A stretch of DNA of 64,000 nt from Octopus vulgaris (GCA_951406725.2 OX597830.1:27652001-27716000), one strand, 5' to 3'; positions 44,142-57,983 are shown, numbered from the stretch's first letter. Numbers and translations are program-made. The notes: a model not told the origin generated them from the letters alone.

Positions 44142-44565
44142 CTTGAGTAAGCGAAGCACCTCCTGAAATAATGATCAGGTCAATGATTTTCAGAAACAGA
44201 CGCAGTCATGGCTGTGTGATAAGAAGTTAGATTCCCAAACCCATGATCCGGGGATCAGTCCAATATCTTAGCTCCTTGGGCAAGTGCTTTCTGCTATAGC
44301 CTCGAGCCGACACAGGCCTTATGAGAGAATCTGGTTGAAGGACAGTTGACGGTTGAATTTATGGCATGAAGTTCCATAAATTTATCATACAATATATATA
44401 TTGTATATATTGTAAGAAAGCACTTGCCCAAGGAGCTAAGATGTTGGACTGATCCCCGGATCATGGGTTTGGGAATCTAACTTCTTATCACACAACCATG
44501 ACTGCGTCTTTTTCTGAAAATCCTTGACCTGATCATTATTTCAGGAGGTGCTTCGCTTACTCAAG
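44142..44565. repeat. 151-bp inverted duplication (unique flank + SINE B head)
   Basis: 44142-44292 vs 44415-44565, about 4 mismatches, 122-bp spacer. Confidence 0.93.
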
Positions 44566-44589
44566 CTTACTCTTATATATATATATAAG

Positions 44590-45022
44590 AATTTTTTGCA
44601 TAGCAAGATAAAAAACCAAGGCTCTAAAGATATTAGATCATTTAAAGATAGAAGGTCTTACAGCTGTTTCTAGGATATTTATCAATAATATCCCTTCATC
44701 GGAGACGGTGTGATAGGAAAGTTAAGTCATAGTTAGTTTAGACTTAACTTTTCTCTCACACCATCTCCGATGAAGGGATATTATTAATAAATATCCTAGA
44801 AACAGCTGTAAGACCTTCTATCTATAAATGCTCTAATATCTTTACAGCCTTGGTTTTTTATCTTATTACGCAACAAATTATTATATGCACACGCTGACAT
44901 AGAACCTAAGTTGAACCTTTTATTCGCAATATTGCCGAATCTGGAACTTAACTATGGTCTGTCTATAGCACTTATTCAGCATTACCTGACACCTTTGGGT
45001 CTCAATGATACCATTATCTCTT

Positions 45023-45025
<3 letters not shown>
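44590..45025. mobile_element. Fold-back Penelope-like element with ~139-bp arms and 3' extension
   Basis: Arms 44590-44728 / 44741-44879 with a 12-nt loop; each arm carries a hammerhead-like motif; flanked by TA tracts. Confidence 0.8.
44764..44814 (+). ncRNA. Minimal type I hammerhead ribozyme-like motif (CCGAUGA core variant); mirror copy at 44655-44706 (-)
   Basis: TCT-CCGATGA-A-GGGATAT...ATATCCT-A-GAAA-CAGCTG-TA-AGA: stem II present, palindromic stem III (ACAGCTGT), GUA triplet, 3-4 bp stem I. Confidence 0.65.
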
Positions 45026-45076
<51 letters not shown>

Positions 45077-45081
<5 letters not shown>

Positions 45082-45222
45082 TATCTTGATATAAGATCAC
45101 ATATGGTTGTGATACATGTGCCTGGTGTACCCTTATCAGACGAGTAGTCATGATGGGTATACTGGGCTTCGTATGTTTTACAACAGTTTCACTTCGATAG
45201 CATGCGCTGCTCTCTCTCACTC
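45077..45222 (+). mobile_element. R4/Dong-like LINE 3' UTR end
   Basis: Same 3' terminus (CTGCTCTCTCACTC + AAT repeats) as the 46469-47216 copies. Confidence 0.8.
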
Positions 45223-45231
45223 AATAATGAT

Positions 45232-45263
<32 letters not shown>

Positions 45264-45299
45264 ATAATAATAATAATAATTATTATTATAAAAATAATA

Positions 45300-46160
45300 A
45301 TCCTTTCTACTATAAGAACAAGGCCTGAAATTTTTTAGGGTTGGGTGGAAGAGTTGATTTTGTTTAAAGATGGACGAAAGCATTTTGCCCGGCGTGCTAT
45401 CGATTCTGCCAGCTGGCCCTCTATTTAATCATTTCTACTATAGGTAGAGGATCTGAGACTTTATGAGGGGGCTAGTCGATTACATCGACCCCCGTGCCCA
45501 ATTGGTGCTCATTTTATTGACCCCGAAAGAATGAAAGCAAGGTCGACCTCGGTGGAATTTGAACTCAGAACGTCAAGGCGGACGAAATGCTACTCAGCAT
45601 TTTGCCCGGCGTGCAAACGGTTCTGCTGGCTCGCCGTCTTTTTAATAATAATAATAATTCTTTCTACTATAGACACAAGGCCTGAAATGCTGGAGGAGGG
45701 AACTAATCACTTACATCGCCCCCAGTGTTTGACTGGTATTTATTTTATCTACCCCGAAATGATGAAAGGCAAAGTCAACCCCGGCAAAATTTGAACTCAA
45801 AATGTAAAGACGGACGAAATACCTATTTCTTTACTACCCACAAGGAGCTAAACGCAGAGGGGACAAAGAAGGACAGACAAACTGATTAAGTCGATTATAT
45901 CGACCCTAGTGCATAACTGGTACTTAATTTATCGACCCCGAAAGGATGAGAGGCAAAGTCGACTTCCGCGGAATTTGAACTCAGAACGTTACGGCAGACG
46001 AAATACCGCTAAGCATTTCGCCCGGCGTGCTAACGTTTCTGCCATCTCATTGCCTTATTTTAATAATAATAATAATGGTTTGAAATTTTGGCACAAAAAG
46101 TAAAGTCGACCGTAGCAGAATTTGAACTCAAAACATAAAGGCGGACGAAAAACCCCCGCT
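45300..46160 (-). mobile_element. Tandem cluster of SINE family A copies
   Basis: At least four minus-strand units separated by (AAT)n, including a dimer at about 45655-46055. Confidence 0.88.
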
Positions 46161-46164
46161 AAAG

Positions 46165-46250
46165 ATTTTACATTAGACGGATATGTGTCCTCTTCTTGTT
46201 GTGATCACAACGTTTCGGCTGATTTACTCTCCACCCTTCATCATGTGTTG
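46165..46250 (-). mobile_element. Penelope-like pLTR fragment with degenerate minimal hammerhead
   Basis: Minus strand ACAC-ATGATGA-AGGGTG...CAGCC-GAAA-CGTT-GTG; inverted partner at 47896-47975. Confidence 0.65.
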
Positions 46251-46355
46251 TGGTGGAGTTTTGATCCCAACCCCGAGTTCTCATCCCGAAGACTTTTTTC
46301 TATTGATGTTATTATTCAGAACTTAGAATAACTAATGATAATGATGATGATGATG

Positions 46356-46414
<59 letters not shown>

Positions 46415-46468
46415 AATAACAACAACAAGAAGAATAATGATGGTAATAATAATAATAATAATAATAAT

Positions 46469-47216
46469 GGAAGTGTTATCATGTACATTGTTTTGTCTTG
46501 GTATAAAAGATGGGCTACAGCAAATATTCTGCTCAATACCACAGATTTGCTTGTCAGTTGTTTGACCTTAACCAGTTGAGCATGTCCCTTAGTGGCTGAC
46601 GATATGTGCATCTCTGATCACGAGCAGAAGTAGTGGGGGAGCATCATAGCCATGTGTTGAGAGGGATTCTTTGGGGTTTGAATAATTCACCTCTGGAAAC
46701 ATGGGTGGTTCTTTCAACATCCTTAAACAACCTTTTGAGCGGGATGGGCTACTCAACCAGAAGAAAATTCTAACTGGGCCCCACCTGCAAGGTCATGTGC
46801 TGTTTATCTTGATATGAGATCACCATGTCGCGCACATATGGCTGTGATGCATGTGCCTGGTGTACCTTTATCAGACGGGTAGTCATGATGGGTATATTGG
46901 GCTTCGTATATTTTACCCCAGTGTCACTTTGATGGCATGCACTGCTCTCTCACTCAATAATAAACATCCTTAAACAACCCTTATTCAGGGACCTTTTGAG
47001 CGGGATGGGCTACTCAACCTAAAGAAAATTCTAACTGGGCCCCACCTGCAAGGTCATGTGCTGTTGATCTTGATATGAGATCACCATGTCGCACACATAT
47101 GGTTGTGATGCATGAGCCTGGTGTACCCTTATCAGACGGGTAGTCATGATGGGTATACCGGACTTCGTATATTTTACCCCAGTGTCACTTTGGTGGCATG
47201 AACTGCTCTCTCACTC
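46469..47216 (+). mobile_element. Two tandem 5'-truncated R4/Dong-like LINE 3' UTRs in (AAT)n
   Basis: Copies 46469-46955 and 46964-47216 share sequence; each ends CTCTCACTC followed by AAT repeats. Confidence 0.82.
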
Positions 47217-47250
47217 AATAATAATAATAATGATAATAATAATAATAATA

Positions 47251-47890
47251 CCACCAGAAATTACCAAAAGCAAATAATGAAAAGGAACTGCAGAATATGT
47301 GGAGATGACAAGAAACAATAAATCATATTATCTCTGGCTGCCCATCCTTGGCTAAGATGGATTATCCTCACAGACACGACAGAGTTGGGACCTAGTTATG
47401 CCAACACTATGGAATAACAACAGAAAAAAGATAGTGTAGGAACACGCCAGAAAAGGTCACAGAAAACGAGAAAGCAACCATAATTTGGGATCTGCCAATT
47501 CACACAGATAGAGAAATTAACGCCAATAGGTCTGAGACAAATTAAGGCCAATAGGTCAGAGATCACGAAGAATAAAAAAATTATTTTAAAAAGATGTATC
47601 AATACCAGCAGATGACAACGTTTCTCTAAAAGAAATGGAGAAACTTTCAAAATACAAATGCCCTGATGCAATACAAAACAGTGGCTCTCATGGCTGCTGA
47701 TCTTAACTGATCGGAAGTGTTGTCATGTACATTGCTTTGTACATTGTTGTTGAAAGGAATTCTTGGAGGTTTGGATAATTCACCTTTGGAAACATGGGTG
47801 GTTCGTTCAACATCCTTAGGCAATCCTTATTCAGGGACCTTTTGAGCGGGATGAGCTACTCGACCAGAAGAAAATTCTAACTGGGTCCCA
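47251..47890 (+). pseudogene. R4/Dong-like LINE fragment: CCHC finger + restriction-like endonuclease region + deleted 3' UTR
   Basis: CRICGD / ETINHIISGCPSLAKMDYPHRHDRVG and TPEKVTENEKATIIWDLPIHTDREINANRSE (cf. ANRPD). The downstream UTR matches the 46469 copies. Confidence 0.88.
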
Positions 47891-47895
47891 GTTAG

Positions 47896-48027
47896 AATGA
47901 TGAAGGGTGGAGAGTAAATCAGCCGAAACATTGCGATAAGAACAAACATGATGAGGACACATATCCGTCCAATGTAGATAATGTAAATAATCTACAGAAT
48001 CCCTCATCTCTAAAATATAGAACATAT

Positions 48028-48028
<1 letters not shown>
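47896..48028 (+). mobile_element. Penelope-like pLTR fragment (partner of 46165-46250)
   Basis: ATGATGAAGGGTGGAGAGTAAATCAGCCGAAACATTG...GAGGACACATATCCGTC followed by a 3' extension into a TA tract. Confidence 0.65.
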
Positions 48029-48063
<35 letters not shown>

Positions 48064-48098
48064 TATGCATATGTATCTCTCTCTCTCTCTCTCTCTCT

Positions 48099-48148
<50 letters not shown>

Positions 48149-48372
48149 AAGTAAAACTAAAAGAAAAAGATATCTCAGGATATCACTACACGTGTTTCTA
48201 TAGCATGTGTACTCAAAATATGGGTACAATTGCATTACTGTATTGGAATTTTCGGAGTAATCCTTGAAACCCAAAGACACGCAGATGCGCTTCGTTGGTG
48301 ATATGGCTTCATGGAATTGATTCAATTTTATATACATACATATATATAAATATATATTTATATATATACGCA

Positions 48373-48585
48373 CGATGTGGTGCTGAAAAGTTCCTGGTTT
48401 TGGGTAACAGGAAAATACAGTAGGATCAGTTAATTATGATTTTACTCAACATAATCCCCTCTCAGATTCACACACTTATTGCAGCGCTCCTTCAGTTTTT
48501 CAAAGCCCTGTAAAAAAGCTGGAAACTTTGGATCCCCAACCAAGCCTTTCTCGGAACTTTTGAGTATCCAGGAACTTTTGAGTAT
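48373..48585 (-). mobile_element. Mariner-derived MITE retaining the transposase C-terminus
   Basis: Minus strand [24 protein letters not shown] matches the mariner C-terminal GIxKLxxRWxKCIxxxGDYVE motif; TIR-like GCTGAAAAGTTCCTGG. Confidence 0.8.
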
Positions 48586-48587
48586 AT

Positions 48588-48663
<76 letters not shown>

Positions 48664-48746
48664 TATATTTATATATATATATTTATATATATATATATAC
48701 TTTGATAGGTATGTATGTATATACATACATACATACATACATACAC

Positions 48747-48777
<31 letters not shown>

Positions 48778-49615
48778 CACATATATATATATGTATCTAT
48801 ATGTATGTATGCATATCAACAAGGGCAGTGGCTTTAGACAGGAAATTAACTGATTTTACCACGAGTACCGAATCATGCATTTAACACATCACATACAGGA
48901 TAGGTAATTACATGCAGACGTCTCTGAATGAATTTCAAAGTCAAGACAACAAATATGAAAGGCGATTTATTGGATAAGCTTGGCAATTTAGTCGCCTCTT
49001 ATGCTGCATGACTATCGCATGCCTGCCTCCGATTATGTAGAAGCGAAATTATCAGCGAATCTCACGAGTTAAAATTGAACGAAACAAACTTATATTATCT
49101 GGCTCACCTTGTAAAAGCCCCCCACCGCCCCTTATGTGTGCTAATTCGACTGTTAAAGTAGTTCAGAGGTTACATGGTATAATTGGTAAAACTTTCCCTC
49201 TGCAATATCTGGATGCATGGTTCGGCTTCTCTGATAAAATCTCTTCTTTATTTTCGTCTGAGGTTTCACTTATATATGTATATATATATATATAGGTAAA
49301 CAAATATACCCATATACACATACGTTAAGACATATATGCATGCGTGGGTTTGTGTTTGCTTATGAGAACTGTGAATGTACAACAATAATAGATTTATTAA
49401 ATTACTATGTATGCATGAAGAATAGAAAACCAGATACACAATATTTGTTTGGACTTATTATTAAAGTAAATATGTATGTTACATAGAAACCAGTATATTT
49501 TTCAAAGCGAGAAATAGTTGTAGCTCTAATCGTGTAGGCTTGTTCACCAACACACACATAAACACTTGGACATTATATTGCATTTTATTATCGTTATGTA
49601 TACATACATACATAC

Positions 49616-49646
<31 letters not shown>

Positions 49647-49663
49647 TATATATGTGTGTATGT

Positions 49664-49713
<50 letters not shown>

Positions 49714-50155
49714 ATATATATATATAGATAGATAGATAGATACGGACATATATTCTGAGTCGAACAGACAATTACCAGTAGAAATTGAACATAAAAACAA
49801 TACTGAAATAAATCATTTTGAAAAATCAAACTCGGAAACAGAATATGTTCAAAAATATATTAGAGAAGAGCGTAGAGTAGAACAACGACGAATTATATCA
49901 TTTATTTATATATTACTTTAGTCATCTTTTTGTTTATTTCTTTATTTATATTCTATTTATTGTATTCTTTTAATTTGTTTGTCTCACTTTACAATTGAAA
50001 ACAAGAGTTTTCCAGACAAAGCAACTTCAGAAATCAACCAGCCTTGCAACCATCTCTTCACTCATTTCTTTTTGTTCTTTTCACTAAAGAGTGCTAAGGA
50101 AACGGCAATAGCCCATGTAAAACAATATTAATAAGTATGTATGTGTTCGTGTATC

Positions 50156-50199
<44 letters not shown>

Positions 50200-50941
50200 A
50201 TATATCTGTGTGTATAAATATATGCATATGTATGCCTTGTATATGTATGTATATATAGGTATGCATGCATATATATATATAGTTGGATAGATAGATAAAT
50301 AGATAGATAGGTAGGTACATAGATTGATAGATTAGTGTTAAATGTTAATATGCCAAAATGAACGAATACACATTATGAAGAAATAAATGAAGGGAAAATT
50401 GGTTTGTGTTTTTCAAGACCAGGAACATTTTCGGGGCGGACGTTGTCTGATAATATGTAGAACTGAATTGCATTTCGATTAGTTTAGATTCTCATTGTTT
50501 GAAGATTTAATCGAATCAATGAAAGAATGAAATAGCGAGAGAAAGACACATGAAAGAGAGACAGAAAGATAAACGGATAGACAGGAGCGAGGGTGATGTA
50601 CAAATGCTACCAAACTGTTTGAATGATCAAACTTATATTGATAATCTGCGTGGTATGTTAAGGGAGAAGAGACAAACACCATTGTTGAGGACATTACAAA
50701 GTGAAGCATATGTGTGTGTATGTGTATACGCACGCGCACACACACACACATGTACACACTTATACATACACGCACACAGACACATACACAAAGTTCATAT
50801 ATGCGTGTCCATGTATGAATGTGTGAATATATATCCGTACGTGCTATATGTATTTGTAACACTCGTATAGACAGATATATGTACATACATTATGTACATA
50901 TAGGTTTATTATATATATGCACTCGTATATCAATCATATAT

Positions 50942-51028
<87 letters not shown>

Positions 51029-51089
51029 ATATATCTATATATATTATAGATGGCCAATATAGATATAAAATTCTATACACCATCCACCA

Positions 51090-51125
<36 letters not shown>

Positions 51126-51514
51126 AATTTATACAAACATGCGTATGCACACACGCATACATATATACACTCGCACACATACACTTATACTGTTGGATGC
51201 AGTTCAGAGTTCTAGTTATTAAACAAACTTTAAACTATCGAACCTTATATCTATATTGGTCATCTATAATGCATTTTCATTTGAAACAGAATTGAAATGA
51301 GTTCAATTTCAACTTATAGATCCTCGAAAATAATTTATTAAACCAACTGTTCACATTTTAAATTTGAACATTTAAAGATAAAGAAACAAGTAAACAGTGA
51401 AAAAGGGGAATATGGAGGTGAGTTAAGCGGCCAGAAATGGAAGGGAGGGGGATAATGGCCTATATAATTAAGTAGTGTTTGCAATGGTTAACTGTTGACT
51501 TTGTGTATTAGGAG

Positions 51515-51720
51515 GCACGGGGCTTAGTGTTGACCTCATGATCATAAGATTGTGGTTTCGAATCCAGGAACGGGCAATGCTTTGTGTTATTGAGCAAAAC
51601 CTTTTATTTCACATTGTTCCAGTCCAGACGGACCGGCGTTCTGTCCATGTGTGGAATATATACGTCATGGAAACCGGGGAATCGGCTCTATGAGTCGGTA
51701 TGACTCGACAAGGAACGTTA
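51515..51720 (+). mobile_element. tRNA-derived SINE family C
   Basis: GGCTTAGTG...GTGGTTTCGAATCC...TTGAGCAAAAC...GAAACCGG...TATGAGTC collinear with the 36010 copy. Confidence 0.72.
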
Positions 51721-51999
51721 ATCTCTTGTCTATTGTCTGTTCGGGTTCCATATATAAATGTAATTACCAGGTTAGGGCTGTGGATTTGTCAGAACAAAGG
51801 ACGAGACGGTTTGCGGTGTCTGTTTCAGCCGCTTTTTGTTTTATGGTCCACTTCCATCTCCTATCATGGGCCTCGTAGTAGATAGAAATGGAGCGTCGCT
51901 GACAGTGCTAGTGGTGATAACTGCCCTGCTCCCAGTGTCGGGAGGGAATGGTGACGATGATGATAACAACAACAACAACAACAACAACGATAATGACAA

Positions 52000-52330
52000 T
52001 CGTTTCAAATTCTAGCACAAGGCCAGTAATTCCTGGAGGGGGGATGGGAGGGCATAGTCGATCGATCACATTTTTGGCACAAGGCCAGCGATTTCGGGGA
52101 AGGATAAGTCGAATACATCCAGTACAGTACTGAACTTATCGATCCCGAAGGGATAAAAGGTAAAATCGACTTCAGGGTCTTTTGAACTCAGAATGTAAAG
52201 AACCGAAATAAATGTTGCTCAGCGCTTTGATCGATGCGCCAAAGATTCTGCCTAATTGCCGCCCTAATAATCTTTTTTCACAATAGGCACAAGGCCTGAA
52301 ATTTTGTAGAAGGGGACTAGTAGATTATAT
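52000..52330 (-). mobile_element. SINE family A fragments
   Basis: Reverse complements of family A tails and core. Confidence 0.78.
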
Positions 52331-52409
52331 CCCCTCCAAACACGTATTTCAAAAAATCAACTGGTATCAACAGGATTATGGCTGGGAGATAACAGCATAC
52401 TCAAATTAA

Positions 52410-53090
52410 GCACCTTCAGCTAACAACACATACTGAAGAAAGTTCCAGAACTTTGCCATTCTTTCCTCACTATGTCCGTGGGAAGATGTTTGCACACTTC
52501 CTTCATTTTGGCCACCAGCCTGTCCTTTGTGCTACAGGCAGAGCGGTTGGTGTCTCTCACGACCCTGTCTCACACATCGTAATACATGGGTTTAGAGTGG
52601 GAGGGATTAAGTCAGAAATTGTGGCTGGTAGAGTCGTAGAAATTCTCCGACGACCACTTTCGACTTTTTCTGTTGGTATGACAAGGAGCTGGTTACTGCT
52701 GCCGCACATATAGCCTTCCAGGGGGAACGTTTTAAAGCCAGGCTTTGACCACCGTCATCAGCGGCTTTACATAGCCATCTGAATTGAGCCTAAGGCCCTG
52801 TTCAAAAATATGGGGTGGTATGATGTCTCCTTCACTGGTGACACACGCAAAGACTATTTCAGTTTTGGGAAAACTGGTCTTCATGATGTTCATATAGCGT
52901 CTTACAGCCTTTAAAGTATACACAGAGCATTAAGTTGCAGTCATAATTTCGGCTCTTTTCTAATATTCAGATGATCTCTGGCCCTCCATGTTTTAATCCT
53001 GTTCTCTCCAACGCTGTTGACTGTTCACCAAAACATCAGGCTGTTCCTGAGACAAAAAAGATATAAAATCTGCCCAAATTCAGCTGTACA
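52410..53090 (-). pseudogene. Tc1/mariner transposase remnant (maT/DD37D-like, inferred)
   Basis: MKTSFPKTEIVFACVTSEGDIIPPHIFEQGLRLNSDGY...YVRQQ*PAPCHT...WSSENFYD...KPMYYDV* matches the QQDxAPCHT...WPPNSPDxNPMDYYVW pattern; catalytic residues are lost. Confidence 0.78.
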
Positions 53091-53211
53091 CAAACACGCA
53101 CACACGCATGCGGGTGCACACACACACACACACAAATATACACATGTATTTAAATCTACATATTTTGTATATTCATACCTTTATACATATCTGCTTACAT
53201 ATATATGTTCG

Positions 53212-53266
<55 letters not shown>

Positions 53267-53331
53267 ATATATGTTTATACATACATACAAACACACACAC
53301 ACAAATGATGATGATGATGATGATGACGATG

Positions 53332-53406
<75 letters not shown>

Positions 53407-53881
53407 GTAACAATAATCGCATACGTGCATACACATTCAAAAACACATACATATAAAAATGAAGTACTGTTGTTTAGGAGTTATCATCATCATACTCATC
53501 ATCATCATCATCATCATTACTATTATTTCGCAATTTTAGTTGAAATGACGACAGTGTTGAAAGTTTTGTTGGTCTTTGATGTTGATTGATGGAATACGGA
53601 TTCCGTTCTCAAAAACGTGGAATGTTTCCTTGTGAGGAAAATGAATTTCGGATGTACCGAAAAATAGTGTGAAATGCGAAGTTATGTGCAAGACAATGTC
53701 AGGGCATCTTTGAAAGAAAACGGAGCAGATGTAATTGGAATGGAGATAATTTCTAGATATTTTCTTTTCTTATGTTGCATCTTGTGGTTGTTTTTCCTCT
53801 TTATTTATTCTTCGTGTTCCTTCTTCTTGTTCTTGTTCTTTCTTTCTTTCGTCGTTCCTTCCTTCTTTCTTGCCTTCCTTT

Positions 53882-53951
<70 letters not shown>

Positions 53952-54044
53952 CACCACCACCACCACTACAGGTACAACAGAAACAGGAAGAAAGAGTGAG
54001 AGAAAGTTGTGATAAAAGAGTACGGCAGGGTTCGCCTGTCGGAA

Positions 54045-54232
54045 CTTTATTATGGCAAATACAAGAAGTTTGCTTTTCAACCATATGGTTCTGAGTTCAG
54101 TCCCACCTCGTGTCCCCTTGGGTAGATGTCTTCTACTCTAGCCTCTGACCAAAACCTTGTGAGTGGATTTGGAAGACGGAAACTGAAAGTATCCCGCCAT
54201 ATATATATATATATTCATACCTATATGTATTT

Positions 54233-54279
<47 letters not shown>

Positions 54280-54430
54280 TCTTCGAGTTTGTGTTTGTCC
54301 TTGACAACCGGTGCTGGTGTGTTTTTTTTAAAAAAACTGTATTGGGTTGATTCGTTCGATTAAAATGCTTCAATATGGTGCACCAGTATGGCTGGAGTCT
54401 AATAATTGAAGCAATTAAACAGCAAAAGAT
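54045..54430 (+). mobile_element. SINE family B, diverged
   Basis: AACCATATGGTTCTGAGTTCAGTCCC...CCTTGTGAGTGGATTTGG...CTTGACAACCGG collinear with the family B copies. Confidence 0.82.
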
Positions 54431-55068
54431 GAGCTTAATACAGTAATCTTCAGGTTAATTGTTAATCTGTTTGCCATAAAAATGTCTATGAATAAGAATT
54501 TCATTCACTGGGGCAGAAAAACGAACTCAAACAATAACTGGTTCCCATCCACGTATCTAGAAATTGAAGCCGGCCTAGTAGAAATATCGTACCACCTCAC
54601 CTTTTCCTGTTGATGACGGCATAGTGCTAGAAACCTATGAATCCGGGACCAGAAAAAATATATGTTTATTTTAATGCTAATATCTGTCAGTTAACTGAAT
54701 TTTGTGTCAGTATTCTTACATGTATATTGGATTATGTTATTAAATTTCTATATCATATATTGAAAATGATATTTGTTAGAATAACGTAAAATATTTATAG
54801 AGATTATACTATATACTACGTATATAAATCACTCACACATACGCTCTTTATCTGTGTGTGTGTTTGTATGTGTTTGTGTATATATGTGTGTGTGTGTGTG
54901 TGAGTGTCTGTGTGTGTGTGGGTGTGTGTGTATACGTGTATGCGTATTATTATATATTCCTTGATAATAACTTTAGGGCGCTATCGTGATACACGGCACT
55001 CCTTGCGCACTTTTAGACTTGCTCTACTCCACCCCAGTTCTGACAAGAGTCGAATTTATCTATAAAAA

Positions 55069-55100
<32 letters not shown>

Positions 55101-56423
55101 GTGAGGGAGACAGAAAGAGAAATAGAAATCAAGAGAAAGAGATATACGGAGATAGAAATGATGGGAGTGAGAAAGAGATTGTTCGACCCCATGGGAGGCC
55201 TGGTACATTTTACCTATGTCTTACCAATAAATCCTCTCTCAAAGAACTAGCAATCAAATAACCTCCAAATAACCCTACCACGAAGAATGAAGGATACATG
55301 GTTATATGAGCTGATGTTTTACTAAAAGAACGCTATTTCTGAAAATCAAAACGATGAGTTGGTCACTCCTAGAATGCTTTTACTCATAAGTCTGATCACT
55401 CAGGGCTCTCCCATGAATAAACGTCAGTTAATTTCACACAATGATGAATTATGGCACAATACAGTACGTAGTTACAATGGTGAATTATGCAACATTGCAT
55501 TACCTAAAAAGTTGAGGTTGACCATAAAATTATGCCAAGGATAAGATAGAAAGCATGTACTTTTCCATCTTATTTGTTATTCAATGCTTCTATTTAGGAT
55601 CGCTGCAGACAAAGAAACCTGTTAAATTTATTTACATGCGTTACATGGACGTGAAATCTAAATTTAACTGTTTTCATACGAGCCAAAAAAAATTTTAGGA
55701 AACTCTCGAAGTGGTTGAATAACTTCCTAGAAATAGCAACCAAATCTTGTCTCAAGGCATTCCTGAGGCTTTTAGAGTTATCGAAATATACATTAGACAA
55801 TGTTGAAAACAGCGTAATGTCATAGTTAGAATAACTTAGATTACATATCCGCTCGATCAGAACTTACCAGGAGTTTAAACAATAACGCTAATGATATTTT
55901 TTTTTTATTTCATATCAATATCAGATATACAAAACCATAGAAACTGCAGCCGTTTATGGCCAACACACCAACCACATGACAAGCTAGCATTCTCAGACAC
56001 AGAATAGCAATGCGCTAGAAAAAAAAAAAAAAAAAAAAAAAAACAGAGGAAAAACATGACAATAAAACAAAGCAAAGCAAAAAAACTCGAACTCATTACT
56101 GCTAACTTTGATACAAACGAAATATCACGTAAATATATTAATGAGAATTTGACATGTGACATAGAAAACAGTCAGCCTTTGCTTGGGCATCCAATGGAGA
56201 GACCTTTTATAGGTGATTGGTCTATCCTTTCTGATGGACGAAAAATCCATTTAAGAGAATGTAAGGAAAATGAATACGTTAAAACAAAACATAGAGTGAA
56301 GTAATTAAGAAATCAATGGAAAATACTTTTAACACAATGTTTTTTATTTCTCTCGCTTTCTTTCTCCCTGCTTCAGTCTCTCTCTCTCTGTCTCTATCTC
56401 TGTCAGTCTATCTGTATGTCTGC

Positions 56424-56663
<240 letters not shown>

Positions 56664-56743
56664 ATCTGTCTTTATAATCTATTTCTTTGTATTTCGCTCT
56701 TTCCTGTTTCTCAATCTCTTACTACTTGGAAATGTGTTTACAT

Positions 56744-56825
<82 letters not shown>

Positions 56826-57063
56826 TTAAATATTTGTATACATACATATGCATATATATGTATATATATATATATATCCATATATACATACACATGTATA
56901 CATATATATATACATATATGAACGTATGTATATGTATCTCTCTCCCTCTCTCTCTCTCTATATATATATATATTCATATATATATATATGTATATATATT
57001 CACGATATATACACTTATGTATGTACGTATGCATGTATATGTGTGTACATATACAAACATACC

Positions 57064-57134
<71 letters not shown>

Positions 57135-57435
57135 TTGTGTGTGTATCAATATATATATATACCAAATATATGTACATACTTCATAAATAACATAAAGTAT
57201 ATATATTTGTACATACATGTGTTTACATATGAATGTGTATATATATATGTGTGTGCGTGTGCGTTTGTGTATGTATAGATGTACACATAAAGGCACGCAG
57301 TTATACATAAAAAATCTCTCACAAAGACCTGTTAAGAGACATAGGTATACAAGGACAGGTATGTGAGTATTTTGCCACACACGCATACATATACATGCAT
57401 ACATACATACATACATACATACATACATACATACA

Positions 57436-57498
<63 letters not shown>

Positions 57499-57983
57499 GC
57501 ATACATACATATGCATACATATACATATATATATATACATACAAGCATACATACATAGATATATATATATATATATACATGCATACACACTTAAATACAC
57601 ACATATACGAACACACATAGGTATGTACGTATTTATATATTTATGCTGAGTAGGCTCCATTAATGTGAAGACATCAGCAGGAGCTGAGTCAGTAAATGCG
57701 GCGGTCATGGTGGAAACCTTAGAAGAAAACTTGCGGCAGAATGTAGCAGGGACAGAGTTTTTGTATCAGTTTACAATGGATTCTTGATTAAGATAGATCA
57801 CTTCCGCCTAACTAAAAACCCAGATTGTGGCATTTTATATTAAAAGCATCATTTTTGGCACTCTCTTGCTTCCAAGTTAAATATATTAACACGCTCCTGT
57901 AAAACATTTGTTGGTAATGAAATGAAATGCAGAAGAGAAAACACACACACGCATACACACACACACACACGCATACACACACA

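Noticed and set aside
57654-57787. Short open frame GSINVKTSAGAESVNAAVMVETLEENLRQNVAGTEFLYQFTMDS*
   Set aside because: The acceptor lacks a polypyrimidine tract and it may be a decayed Tc1-like fragment; not supportable as a CDS.
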